Below are positions 44,188 to 58,343 of a stretch of DNA of 64,000 nucleotides, piece after piece. The notes beneath the pieces were generated by a model, which was not told the origin of the DNA, searched no databases, and was given only the letters and a program-made list of their open reading frames with translations. How positions within the stretch are numbered: position 1 is the stretch's first letter; every line of letters starts with the position of its first letter. The position numbers and the translations under genes are program-made. Location: contig NIVC01000022.1 of NCBI GenBank assembly GCA_002269645.1, positions 1 through 64,000 on the forward strand. The letters are read 5' to 3'. This DNA comes from Macrostomum lignano. Lineage: Eukaryota.

Positions 44188-45078
44188 AATTTAAATTAGA
44201 ATGAGTTGAGTCTTACTATTCATTCATGTTTTATCAAATAAACAAAACATATTAGCAATCCACTCTATTAAAATTGATTTCAAACGCTACATTTCCTTGT
44301 GAAGGCTAATAAAATTTAAAAAAGCACTTTCGAAAGCAAAAATTTTCTCATTTCATTCAAATATAAAGAGTTAGAACTGAACAGTACTACTTACAGCAGT
44401 TAGTGTTGATATATAAGGTGGCACAATAAACTCAAAGATAAACACGGTGTTATTATCTCTCTTATCAATAAATACACGGCTCGGTCTGGAGAGAAAAAAC
44501 AGCGAGAGGCCACTGGAGCACAGCGACTACCTGCATACTGGACTGATTAATCAGGTAAGTCAAGTGGTGCAAAGGGCGGGTGTTCATTCAAGTTAATTTA
44601 TAAATTCAGGTGCGTGGCGCCATTTTCTACATGCAAGCAACAAGCCAGGTGCCAGCTCTGAGACAGCTCAGCTCATACATATAAATTCCACACTGCAAAC
44701 AGATAACTGACATTTAGAATCAAAGAGAAGCAGCGGCTAACAAATGAAAAGTCGGTAGTGGGTACGAATGAGCGAAATATTGGATTGGCCGCGCTGCTGG
44801 GGACGGGGTGGGCTGAGAGGGCCGGGTTGAGCAGCGGCAGGTAGTCAGGAAATTACTGAGCACAGCTATTCGAATATGTTTATTTATAATCAATTGGGCT
44901 ATTCAATGCTATTCAATTAATGACGGGCACTCAATAGACAAATCTATACAGCAGGTGTTCCGCAATAGTAGAGACAAAACGAGCTCTCTGTCCAGGAGCA
45001 GCAAAACTGCCGTTGGGTGAAAACCCGCCACTCGGCAGCTCCAAGGTGCTAATAACCTGTTTTCAATTAACCAACTGC

Positions 45079-48000
45079 TCATTTCCCGTTGCTACTAGGA
45101 GCAGCAGCAGCTACGGCAGCTGACGATGCGGCAGTCGGAGCCAGCAGCTTGATGACGGGGTAGTGCGGACAGACGGAGAAGTCCAGCTCTGCAGGGTGCT
45201 GGGGGCCCGCTCGGTGCCCGGCCGCCAGCAGCTTCGTGACCACCATGTTGGTCTTGGCCACCTGTTGTGAGCGGCAGTGCAACAGTCAGTCCGTTTCTAT
45301 TCCCTCTCACTCTATCCCTTCCATTTCTATTCCCTCTCACTCTATCCCTTCCATTTCTATTCCCTCTCACTCTATCCCTTCCGTTTCTATTCCCTCTCAC
45401 TCTATCCCTTCCATTTCTATTCCCTCTCACTCTATCCGTTCCATTTCTATTCCTTCTCAGTCTACCCCTTCCATTTCTATTCCCTCTCACTTTATCCCTT
45501 CTATTTCTATTCCCTCTCACTCTATCCCATCCATTTCTATTCCCTCTCACTTTATCCCTTCTATTTCTATTCCCTCTCACTCTATCCCTTCCATTTCTAT
45601 TCCCTCTCACTCTATCCCTTCCGTTTCTATTCCCTCTCACTCTATCCCTTCCATTTCTATTCCCTCTCACTCTATCCGTTCCATTTCTATTCCTTCTCAG
45701 TCTACCCCTTCCATTTCTATTCCCTCTCACTTTATCCCTTCTATTTCTATTCCCTCTCACTCTATCCCTTCCATTTCTATTCCTTCTCAGACTATTCCTT
45801 CTATTTCTATTCTCTCTCAGACTATCCCTTCCATTTCTATTCCCTCTCACTTTATCCCTTCTATTTCTATTTCTTCTCAGACTATCCCTTTCATTTCTAT
45901 TCCTTCTCAGACTATCCCTTCCATTTCTATTCATACTCAGTCTATCCCTTTCATTTCTATTCATTCTCAGACTATCTCTTCCATTTCTATTCATTCCTCA
46001 GTCTATCCCTTTCATTTCTATTCATTCTCAGATTATCTCTTTCATTTTTTCCCACAAAAGCAGCAGCAAGCCGCGCACCTTTATCATGGCCTCTCCGTCC
46101 CAGTCTTCGATGCAAACAGTCGCTAAGCTGGGCGCGGATTTGCTATTGGAACCGGCACTGCTGGAGGCGGCGTTCACAACTTTCATCAAGGCGTCCCGGG
46201 CCTTCTCGAACTCTCTGGTGGCCTCAGCGTACACATCGGCCGGGGTGGAGGCCGGCTTCCTCTGCTGGCCTTCGTCCAGCTCGCTGTCGTCCAGCTGGCC
46301 GTTGAAGGTGGTCCTGGAGTCCCACATGGTCTGCAAGTTGGTGTAGCAGGTGATGCTGCGGGGCAGGAAGGGCCGCTGCAGCAGGGGCTGGTAGCGGTGC
46401 TTGAATGCGCTGGACTCTCCGGCCGGGTGCGGGCTGGCCAGCTGCTGCATTTTGCCATCGGAGTGCAGCGCGGCCAGCGCGTAGAAGGTGGCGGTGGCCA
46501 GGTAGTTGGAGGCGCGCAGCATAGACAGGTGGTGCTGGTAGAGAGTTTGCACCTGCTGATGATACCGGTGATGCTGCCTGCTCAGCTTAGTATAGGGATT
46601 GTGAGTGAGCTGCAGCTGCTGCTGGATGGCCAGGTCGGCCTGCACAATTCCCACCAGCAGGAAGTACATGTAGCCGTCGCCCAGCATGAAGTAAACCGAC
46701 GGTAGCTCGTGCCTGGCGTACAGCTGCAGGCTGAAACCGGACAGCAGGTACAGCCGGCTCAAGCGGAACAGGTAGAATGTCAGGTAGGGGAGGAACAGAG
46801 AGCGGCACTCGTCATTGGGGAACAGGGCCCGGTCCAGGCAGTAGCAGCTCTCGTACAGCGGCCACAGGGCATCTAAGCAGGCGGCCAATTTCTCGCGCTT
46901 CCTGCTGCGGTTCCGGCTGAACAGCGGGCACACCTGATGGAGCAGGGCGCGGCCCAGCTGCAGGCAGAGGCTGTCGGCCAGCTGGCGGGACTGGCCCTGC
47001 GGATGGGGGACCGGCGAATCGTTTACAGAATGGGGGAGCGGATTTCCATAGAGGATTAGAGAGGGTAGAGAGCGGATTCTCTGGAGGATTGGGTAGGGTG
47101 GAGAGCGGATTCCCTGGGGATTGGGTAGGGTGGAGAGCGGATTCCCTGGAGAATTGAGGAGGGTGGAGAGCGGATTCTCTGGAGGATTGGGTAGGGTGGA
47201 GAGCGGATTCCCTGGAGAATTGAGGAGGGTGGAGAGCAGATTCCCTGAGGATTGGGTAGGGTGGAGAGCGGATTCTCTGGGGATTGGGTAGGGTGGTGAG
47301 CGGTTTCCATGAAGGATTGGGTAGGGTGGAAAGCGTATTTCTTTGAGGATTAGGTAGGTAAAAGAAGCAGATCCCCTAAGTGATCGGAGGATGGCAATAG
47401 AACACATTACCAATTGTGAGGAGCATCTAATTAGCAGTGAAGAAGGTATTTGCATCAAAAGAAGAAATCACCTGCAACTGTCGCACGGACGCGTTGAGAT
47501 CGGCTCCGGCGGCGATGGGGCAGAACTGCTTGACGGACGCCAGCAGAAATTCCACAGGCGAGTGCCGGCCAAACAGCCTGGCGCTGCCGAGGCCCAGATT
47601 GATGCCATAGCTGTGCAACTGCTGCTGCTGAGCCGGGCAGCAGTACAGCAGGCGGAGGCAGGAGCGGGCAAAGCAGGGGGCATCCGAGGACAGGCCGCAG
47701 ACGAGGGCCAGACGGGTGTACAGCTGCTGGTAGCTGGGACAGGCGGCCGGGGTCACGTCGGTCAGGAACTGGCGAAAGCAGTCCAGACACCTGCGGGTTG
47801 CGGATGGGGAACGGGAGCAGCTGATTGTTGGGCAGCCAATAGCAACGCCAATGTAATGAATCAATTCCTGATTGAAGCCCCGGCTCACCTGGCCAGGTAG
47901 GCCACAGCGGCTGGCCGCTCGAACACCCGCACGCAGCGGGGAAATGACGGCGGCAGCTGGCGCAGGTTGGCCAGCGGCTCGAAGCCCTGGACGCCGTACG

Positions 48001-49261
48001 CCTTTAGCCGCGGATCGTCGCGCCCGGCGGCGGGCTGCCCGACCTCCAGGCTGGCGGCCACGGCAGCGCATGCGGAAGACGCCGACTCCAGCTGGCGACG
48101 AACTTCGGCGGCAGCTTCGGCAGCGGCCGGTGACACCAACTCGGCGGCATCGACGACAGCAGTGGATGTCACCGATAGGGCGGAGTCGGGAAGGTCAGCG
48201 GAGCCGCCGCTGCCCATGGCCTGCAGCATCCGGTGGAACTGCCGCAGCAGCAGCAGCAGACTGCGCAGCAGCCGCAGCCGGTGCTGCACCAGGCGGTGTC
48301 CGGCGGCCAGTTGGCCGGCCTTCACCCGCCGCCCGATGTCGTCGTCCGCTTCTTTCAACGCCGAGGTGATTCGCTCGTCGTCGGCGGCCTCGGCGGCGGC
48401 AGCCTCGAAGCCGTAAAGCAGCGGGTTGAAGTCCTCCTCATCCGTGGTGTTGGCCAGGGTGATGAGGTCCTTGGCCCGCTGCAGCAGGCACAGCAGGCCG
48501 TGGCAGAAGGTGCGCAGCGGTTGGCACTCGATTCTGGGTTGGGGTGAAAAGGCGGACATGATGTGACTGGGCCGGGATCAGTGACAGTGAGACTGGGTCA
48601 TGATTGCTGTGACTGGGCCGGGATCAGTGACAGTGAGACTGGGTCATTATTGCTGTGGCTGGGCCGGGATCAGTGACAGTGAGACTAGGTTGATAACCGA
48701 TAAGCCACTGATCCATGATGAGTAGCTTTGGTTAAATCTCTCTAAGTTATTGATTCCCAATGGCATTAGTCAATATTTGCCATGACCACTGTGATTACTG
48801 ACTGACATGGTTGATCTGCTATGCCAAGCACTCAAACAGCAGTGTTAAACGCACTTATCGATGCACTGCAGATAGAGGTTGATAAACACGGACTGCAGCG
48901 CTGATTCGCCATCAAGCCAGGATGCCAAACAGGCCAGACTCTCATCCATAACTCCAAGCAGCTCAGCATCCGTGAGATCGGAAAGCTTCATCAGTGGACC
49001 GCCGGCACTCCGCTGCGGATGGAGAATCTCGCGGTCCAGACGCATGCCAGAGTCCATCTTGGGCTCCATCATCTCGATGGCGGTCATGGCGTCGTAAAGC
49101 GAGAAGCTCTGATGCTGAAGCAACTCGCCAAGCTGCAGATGGCAAGCAGCAGATTTGAACTGCTCAGTGATGTCTGAGTAGTCAGACTGCTGCTGCTGAT
49201 GGCTGCCTGGCTCCTGCAGCAGCTGGCCCAACTGCTGGGAGTCATTGGAACTGCTGGTCAT
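45079..49261 (-). CDS. NAA35: NatC auxiliary subunit (MAK10); about 5 exons approx. 48849-49261, 47889-48535, 47470-47808, 46075-46990, 45079-45262
   Basis: DITEQF...LQLGELL...FSLYDAMTAIEMMEPKMDSGM, WLDGESALQSVFINLY, EEDFNPLLYGF, GFSLQLYARHELPSVYF, C-terminal LDFSVCPHYPVIKL. Confidence 0.9.
45290..46045. repeat. 30-bp pyrimidine-rich intronic minisatellite in NAA35
   Basis: TCCCTCTCACTCTATCCCTTCCATTTCTAT tandem copies. Confidence 0.93.
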
Positions 49262-50960
49262 GCTGCCATGAATTTTAGAGAAAGGCAAATAATGCACTAG
49301 CAGGTGCGCAAGTATCTACTGAAAAGAAGTAATATTTGGTGGGTGGAACTAGGGACAGACAATTAATCTCAAATTATACTACGATATTAAAAATCAAAAT
49401 AAATATGTGTTATAATCAGAAATAAAAAAGTAACACAATAATTGTCATTTAAAAAAAATAATTTTAAGGTAAGAGAATAAAAACATACATTTAGCATTCT
49501 AAGCTAAGATATATATATGCCCTATCCTCTTTAAGCCTTAGTAGATTTAAATTATTCAAGGCACTGAATCTTAGCAACCTGTCTTTGAGCCAGGAAATCC
49601 TAGAAATTCAACTTTGAGTCTTTGTTTCAAAGATTCCTTTTTGATCATTTAGAATCTTAGCAATTATGTAATAAGAATCCACTATAGTAAAAATTTTATA
49701 TTCTAATAAGCTAGATATAAAGCCTTTGTCTATAAAATTGAATGAAAAATCTTTAAAATTTTCTATACATTTACCTCATAAAAGTTTATTGAATAGACTT
49801 ATTTATTTAAAATCATATTTTTTAAGAAATGATTTGATATCAAAAAGGTCTATCAATTTAAACTCATTAAGTAGAGCTGGAGTAACATATATATATATAT
49901 ATTAATACAAATGATTATTCATTATGCTTATAGTGGTACTAGGAAACTGGGTTTTGTAAAAAGGACTTGGGATAGGGAAGAACAAGCAAGGAGATTTTTA
50001 TTCAATTTTTTAAGTGGATTTTTCAATAATTTTTCAAATTTAAACATAAACTAAGAATTTTCTAGTGACTTAACTAAGTATAGCTAGTGAGTAGTATAAC
50101 AAAAATTAACTTAAAGCTCTATATATAGGGACTCAATTTTATATTTGAGCTCAACTTGATATCATAGTCCCTAATTATCCCCTTGCTTGTTTTACCCTAT
50201 CTCAATTATAACTTTTGTCACTGCCAAACCTAGCTTGAATTTGATGTCACTATGAGCTAAATGATATATAATTTTTGCAAAACTAAAAGCTTTTGTGGCT
50301 CAACTATATAAGCTTATAGGCCCTTTGAGGTTAGTGCCAATGAAAAATTCATAAGCCTTTGAAAATGGCACTTATTTAACTTAGCTACAAAGGGCTTCAT
50401 GCATCTAAATGCAGCAAGGAGATATTGTTGTATAATATAATATTTAGCTACCATCATTGATATATAATCAGGTTATATTAGGTTATTGTTCATACATGCG
50501 CAACCCCCCTAATTTATACTGGCCATGCAACTTACTTTTTGACCAAAAATGCAACTTACCTGTAAAAGAAACCCTATCGCAATTTTTGGTAAAAGGCAGG
50601 AGTAACTATGACTGTCTTATAAGGGCTAAATGCCTCGTCATCTAATTAGTACTACGTCTGTACTCCTTAGGCTAGGCATTTTTGTGACTTACTTCTGGTC
50701 CACCACAATAGATGGTGGCCAGATTGGCTAGCAGTTGTGCATTTATGTTATTGTTTATTAGGTCCAAAAACTTTTAAGACCAACAATAGCAAAAAAGCCT
50801 ATATATATATTAAAATGACCTTAACTTTTTAGACTAGAATGAGATTAGAAACAAATCATAGTTTCATTATAGCAAGCCAAATTTCAAAATATAGCCTATA
50901 GGGCAATGTATAAAAGGCCAGCAATGAGCATATAGCTATCAAAGCCAAACTATATTTTTA

Positions 50961-51420
50961 GCTAGTGACCACAGATACTAGAATAACTAGATGGGCCACT
51001 TAGCACATTTGCATGTAAGCTACTTTTAGTTCAATAGTAAGTTAAACTGAAGCATTTTAAACTGAAGGCTCATTTATTGGCTTTTACCTTCCAGCTTAGA
51101 CTTTCCAATTGTTTAAGCTACCCCCTTCCCCACCCTGCCCCAATTTTATGCTTTTCTTGGAACTCTAACCCTAAAGCTACTATGTACATTTCAGTAGACT
51201 AGCAAATGTACATTATTGTTAAGCCAATTAGCAAGTTGTTTATACCTGCCTGCAAGCTTGGGATTTTAAACTTATCAGAGTCATTTAGCTACCTTTATTT
51301 CTATTAGATAACTTATGTATTCTTCTTTGCTACTGAACTAAAAGTAGAAAGCAGTTACTACAAAGTATATATGCCTGAATGGCCCATCTAGTTATTTTAG
51401 TATCTGTGCTAGTGACTAGC
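50961..51420. mobile_element. Degenerate MITE / fold-back element
   Basis: GCTAGTGACCACAGATACTAGAATAACTAGATGGGCCA versus its inverted copy at 51380-51420; inner CTACTTTTAGTTCA / TGAACTAAAAGTAG extends the arms. Confidence 0.65.
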
Positions 51421-52295
51421 AAGTCATCTATGATAAGTGCATTATTCTCAGTAAATTGGCTCTATATAATACTACTATTAGAAAGTATTATTTAGATTTA
51501 GGCCTTAGTTATATTATAGATTATATTTAAAGTACTATAAAAGCTATGTTAAGCTATCAAAACCTAATAACATAATAAGCTGATATAAGACCAAGATGGC
51601 CACATACCAAGATAGCCACAATATTGAATCTAGAGCTATTGTATAAACTCTCTTTCTACTATTAATTAACAACTTAATAACTATTGTTATATTAATTATT
51701 GTTTAATGAATCATATTCCTATATACTAATAGAATAATAAATTTAAAACTATAGACTTAGGCCTACTTATAATAAGCTTATAAAAACTAATCCTTTTCAG
51801 TGTTTATACAAAATTATTCTCTATCCTATCATTATATCTATCAATTTATCATTAGCAATTTATGAAGAAACCAAATATTAGTAGTAATGCTATATAAAAA
51901 AGATAAATATGCAATAAGGTACTTGTTTTATATTAGGCTACTTGCTTCATTTAATAGATAAATATCTATAGGCCCCCTACTATAGCCATATCCATAGGTT
52001 AAAATATAATAAAAGCTAAAGCCAGAGAGAATGATTGTAATATAATACAATTCCATTACAGCATCTATCTCATTAAGACATGAGGATCTACCAATCTATG
52101 TATAATACAAATTAGTTGTTTTCTATTGATCTCTAAAAACATTTTTATTATTGTCTAGGCCTAACTATCATGGTTCTAATAAAGGTCTTATATTGTCACA
52201 GAAATTGAATTTTAAAATTAAGGCCTACACCTAAGTCCTAAGGGCTTAAATAAAAATGATAAGTTCTAGCCTAGTACAAAACTAAAATTATATTA

Positions 52296-52458
52296 TAGGA
52301 AGTGCTTATCCCCATGGTCCTATACCAATAATTCTAATTTTATCCACACGGCCATTATCAACAAGCTGTCATGGGAATAAGCTGAAAATTATTGACATGG
52401 ATCTGTGTGGATAAAATTGGAATTATTGGCATAGGACTGTAGGGATAAGCACTTCCTA
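52296..52458. mobile_element. Small MITE / fold-back element (~163 bp)
   Basis: ~55-bp imperfect TIRs TAGGAAGTGCTTATCCC...TTATCCACAC / GTGTGGATAA...GGGATAAGCACTTCCTA; flanked by TATTA on both sides. Confidence 0.75.
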
Positions 52459-55400
52459 TATTATTATATAGGCCTAGACATAGCCCCCCCCCCTAGGCCT
52501 AGGGCAATGGTTTTCAACTTTTTTCAAGCAATTTCAATTTATTCATTTGCATTATCCTTTAATATTTGTAAGTTGCAATTCTTTTTATAATCAATATAAT
52601 GCATCATTAACATTAAGCATGATATAGGCCTACTCATACTCACATGTTTATTAGGGGCCTAGGCCTATTTCTTAGTGCTAAAACCCCTAGAATATGGTCA
52701 TGCAACCATATTAGGTTGCAACCTGTATAGGTTAAAAACCATTGGCCTAGGCCCTAGGGGCCTAACTAAAATGCAAAGCAAACGGCCTTATAATAAACAA
52801 TTATACAATTCTCAACCAACAATTTGTATTGTTTATATTTATAATTATCTTTGAAATTTTGAAAAAAAAACTTTTTTAGGCCTAAACCTAGGCCTACTTT
52901 TTTGATAGCCTTGGCCCTTGGAAATGACTGTTGATATACAAGATTATTTTTATTATAAAGCCTATTAGGCCTAGTACTAGGCCTACAACTATAACTACAA
53001 GGGGAAAAGAAATTAGACATGGTTATAGCAAAAATAGAAATATAGAAATATACTAAATCTTTATTTGTATGCTTATTTCTTCTAAAGGTAGTCCCTTGGC
53101 TTGATGCTTTTCACTTTTTAGGCTATGCTGACTAGGCCTATGATACAATTCAGAAAATTAATAGCTCTAGCCTAGGACAGGTCTAGGTGGGTGGGTGGCT
53201 AGCTAGCTAGGACCTAGTTAGGGCTCCCTCTGCCTCGAACTCGAGGTATGATGACCTAGTCTAGTCCTAGACAAATATTCTCTAGGACTAGGGCCTAGGA
53301 GTAGGACTTGAGGTGCGCTGTTATTTCGTCTACCGCCGTTTCGTCTGCTGGCAGACGAAACGACTTTTTAAGAAAGTTAGGTAAGGCCTAAGCAGGTATA
53401 GCTACATATGTATAGCTACATAGCTAATAAAGCTAATTTTTGGCAATCTTTGGCAATCAATTATTTCGCCCTCTATTCAAGGGTGGTGGGGGGTGGGTGT
53501 TGGAATTAAACGAACGAAACTTGAAGATACCCTAATTTGTTTAAATACCTTTTATAATTAAATATTGCGAGTCATGCAAAAAGAGTTAAGGTAGGATGTC
53601 AGTTTTTCTTAGCATAATTTTGCTTATCGCAATATTTCAAAGAAAATTGCTCATCGCAAAATTAATTTTTTTTGAATCTGCTTGGACTCAACCGCAGGGA
53701 CATCAGGGCGGTGACCATGGCCCTCTCGGGTGACTAGGGCCTAAGGTATAGGATCAGTAGTAGTAGTAGTAGTAGTAGTAAGTTTGGCTCAGGCCAAGAG
53801 CCTGTTTTGCCAATATGATTCGATATATTTAATATTAGTTTAAAAGTTTGATTATTTTTATCCTTAGGATAATTTTACTAATCAGTCCAGTCTCAGATCA
53901 GTCGAAGAAAATATAATTTTTTTGAGACGTTTTTGAGGTGTAGGCCGAACTATTTCCCTAATGAAAAAGTGTTTACCTAATAAAAATAGCTAAAAAATGT
54001 AGCATTTGAGATACTATATCTAAATTTAGTTTTATAAAACACTAGTAAGTCTATATCTTCCTATTTAGTTAATCTACATCACTTTTCAAAATTTCGGTAG
54101 TACAAAACAAAATTTAAATTACAGCTTTATGAGAATTTTTTAACTGATTAATGTAATGCAATGCATTAAATGCAAATACAATACGCACAATATCAACAAG
54201 TACAAACGATAGTAGTGGTACATACACACACACGTGTCATTACGTATGACACAAGCACGACTGTTTGACATTGTCATTAATAACGATAATGATAATTTTA
54301 ATGTTAGATTAGCACCCATTAGTGGTCATGATAATCATTTAATTTTTTTAGATTTTAAGCTAGCCTAGTAGTAGTAGGCCTAAATACTCCCTAATACTAA
54401 TAGACTAAGTAGTCTTTTTACCTATGCCCTATGTCTAAGAGAGGCCATATCTCATTTTTAGTATTCCAAATTTTATGGTTCACAGTTTTTATTATCTTAG
54501 TCCTAAGACCTAGTTAGGGCCTATTAGGCGGCTAGGCCTAGCGCCTAGTAGCAGACTAGCAGTAGGCCTAGAGGCTAGTCCTAGGCCTATTTATTTTTAA
54601 AATAAGCCTATGTGATTGTGATTTTGTTGAGTTTACCATATAATTGATATCAATGTTGATGATTGTTAGGCCTTTTAAGACCTTATTTAATATTGCTAGG
54701 CCTAGGCCTATATTTATATACAAGCTATTGAAACCTGCAGATTTTGAATCTAGGGAATTCCAATCCCTGGAACTATTTTTGCATGTATTCTTTGAAATCT
54801 AAGTTCTAACTAAGGCTAAAATCATAGGCCTCAACCAAAAACTTGCTAGGCCCCCCTAATAATTAGGCCTAGGCCTAGTAGAATAGAGGTAAATATAAAA
54901 TGGAGTACATCATCCTTACCCCTTATCTTTCCTATTATATTCAATCTTTTCTCTTTTCCCCTTTCTTGCCTCTCCTTTTATCTAGCCTTTGGGATAAAAA
55001 TCTCTATCCCTACTTAGAAAGCCAGTTTGTAGGACATAGTACTCTCATGGTTGTTCTCATGCTTTGATCATGTTATATTTTTTTGCCAATTTGCAGCCTT
55101 GAAAGGAATTTGTGTGTCTTCTCAGCTTTATTGCAGTCTACATCTATCTAGCAAAAGAAATGTGCATTTCTTAGACGGCCATATAAATTTTAAAGTACTT
55201 TTAAGTGAAACGTAAAATTTCCATGGTATGACTAATTTAGTAGTGTTGCATTGCCTTTTTATAGATATTTTGCTTTTACAAACCATAATGGATTGTGGAT
55301 TGCCTTGATTTGCCAATGCTATTGCTATCTACTATTAAACTGCTTCATAGTTTACCTATACAGAGGGTAGTGGTTAGAATTTCTCACTAAACTGTTATGG

Positions 55401-58343
55401 CTAAATGTAGCCTTTCTACGCAAGTGCAAAGAAGGCTATAAATAAATGTATTCCAAAATGCTACACAATGCCATGTAAATTCAGCCCCTAGCCCCTAGAG
55501 CCTGACCCTTGGTTTTGGCTCTAGGGAAATAAGTGAGTGAGTGGCACAAACAGCAAAAAAGCAGACAAACTTCACATGCTTACAATTTCTATTCTAATTG
55601 AGTTAGAGTTGAAACTTTACATTTAGATAGAGAATGAGTCACTGAAGAAATGTGTAAGTCAATTGCTTTATGTGTGAGCAAACTTATAGCAACTAAAAGT
55701 TAGTCAATTTTACAACCCCTTTTAAACAACTGGGCCTAGATTAGGAAAGAATGACGTAGGGGTTACTTCTGCCTCTATTAATAATATCCCACTATTGCCA
55801 CCAAGGTTGTCGTAGGGGTATTCCCGTACAATACAAATTCCTACCGCTGTAACCAAAGTTGTTACAAAGCTATTTCTCCTTAACAATTCTACTGGTTGTT
55901 AATTGTATTTCTACTGGTAGCGCATGTACTTCTATTGGTAGCGTGTGTACTTCTATTGTACTTTCTGGCCTGAGCGGTCTATTGGCACTGTCTATTCTAT
56001 TTCTATACTTCCCCTAAAGGTATTATTCTCTTAGTCCTGGCGTTCCTGGGATCAGAGGGTCACAGCTCTAAAGCGAATTCCCTGCCCTGAGGCGTTTATT
56101 CCTGCTCTGAAGCGATTCTTCTGCCCTGCCCCTGAGGCGAATATAGCACTTTCCTACCCTGAGGCGATTCTCGCTTTTAGCGGATTTCTGACTCTCCCAA
56201 TTGGGGTTCTTATACTCTAAGAAATGATTGAGTCTTTAAGCGATTTCAATATTTAGAACGAACTAAATTTGCTTATCGAAAACCGAGAGGCAGCAAACGG
56301 TTGTCTCCTCAAGTCTGCTCAGTGCGTCTATTTATACCCAAAATTCGTTACAGTTTAAACAAAATAATAATTACAGAAATATTTTTGCAAACCACAACAT
56401 TCAAACAAAAATTTCGCGCGGATTTGAATAAGCTTTTTCTAAGAAAGGCAAACTTAAAACGAGTAAAATTTAAAAGTATTAGAGCTATTATTAATGCCTG
56501 TCTCAAGAAAGACAGGTAGAGGTTGGGACTTGGGGTGGCTGCTTCAGTGACAAAAAGCAGACTAAAATTATAAATGCACCATGCCATTCAGAATTAACTT
56601 TAAGACTCAAAAGTTTACACAATTGCATCAAAATAGTTGAAAATTGTCTGTGTTAAATTTAAAGAAGATTGGTAAAAGTAAAGTGGTACCATGAAAGATT
56701 TAATGAAAAATCCCACTTTAATAGTTTATTGCTTTATTGAGTAAGGAAGACTTGGATTAAGGGAATTTTAAGATAGCCTAAGACATTCTTTGTAGTAAAT
56801 TTAAGGTGGGTACAAAGTTGGTATGATTTGGTTGAACAGTTTGGGAGTCCATAGCAATCAGAATTGTGTATACATAGACAGAGTTTTCATTTTTATAGTT
56901 AATTATATTCACTTATTATTCATATGCCTAGTGTTATAGATACCTTAACTTATTGCTAATGGTAAAAGCATTAGTGTTGAAATAAAAAATATTAATTTAG
57001 GCCTATTCATTCTTTGGGTCATTCTATAAGAGGGTCCTTTTATGTTTTTTGAACTTTAAGCACTTGTAACTTTTGAACCATAATAGATAAAACAAAGCTG
57101 CAAAAATCAATATGTGTCAAACTTATAGTTCTATATTTTTCACATAGCTGTTTATGAATTCTAAAACAACTAAACATATAGTCAGAGCATAAGCTATGCT
57201 GATGGTCATTTTTTATCACCAAACAACCATATCACCAAAATAAATATTGTAACTGACTACAGTTTTTGTTTGTTCTAAAACTGAGTTGGCTAGGCCTATA
57301 TTCCAATTCCATTTAAGATTTAATTATTATTACATTCGATTTTTTACTAAATTAACTAGGTATAATAAAGAGGATTTGTTATCATTGAGTAGATGGTAGT
57401 TATTTTGCAAAAAGTAGACATTTAAATCAATTGCATATGTATATACACCTTAAACCATTTTGGCTTACTAGCTAGGGTGCAAAATTCAACATATATTGAA
57501 GTTTTTACCTTCTAACCAATAGGCAGTGGCTGCACTATAGAATATATAGACTTAGGATCTAGGCTAAAAGAGTAAGTGATAATTTGGATCCACATTGTGG
57601 CCAATAATAATTATTGATAGTTAATTGAATGCCATTTTTGCATGAAAAGTCGGAGAGATACTTGTACTTTTAGAATGCTGATACAAATTATTTTTTATTT
57701 GTATACCTGCTTAAAACATTATTTATAATGTTTAAAAACATTGCTATTTTACTAATTTTTTTGTTTTAGTGATGATTTAAATAGCACTGAGATATGCTAA
57801 CATAAGAATGATATAAATGAAAAAATAATGATTCTAAGGGAGGATGTTGAAAAGAGGGGAATGTGCTAACAACTAACTAGAATTTTACTTTCCTATCCCC
57901 TTATAACTAGGGATTTCCTTTTCCTATAAGAACAAACTGAATTGACTTTTGCTTTTTTGCCTAAAACATTACATGGGCAAATATAGCTAGTTGTCATTTG
58001 CTGCTAGCATTATCAATTAGTAATATTATTATTATTAGCAGTAGTACTAAATTGTAAAATCATGTGCCTAAAGTGTCATTTTAAAGCTAAGATATATAAA
58101 GATTTAAGTAATATATACTGTCTCTCAAACGAGTTTGGATACTAAAAAACTGATTTAGAAAGTATTTTCTTCTTATGAACAACCAACATGTCTTTTTAAA
58201 GTAGCGAGTTGGATGAATTTCGTATTAACTTTATTTGCTCTAAGCCTACTTGACTCCAGCGATTTATACTATCAAGAAATTTAAATTAGACAATTAGGTT
58301 TTCGCGCTTCCATTGTCTTTTCCCATGCTGCCTGACCTTTGAA

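Noticed and set aside
45095-46346. RNRNG- and IPS-repeat ORFs
   Set aside because: Translations of the 30-bp intronic repeat in NAA35.
55750-56520. LTR plus gag-like remnant on the minus strand (TGT...CA segment, SPQG repeats)
   Set aside because: No second LTR, PBS or recognisable gag/pol motif, and several stops; too weak to call.
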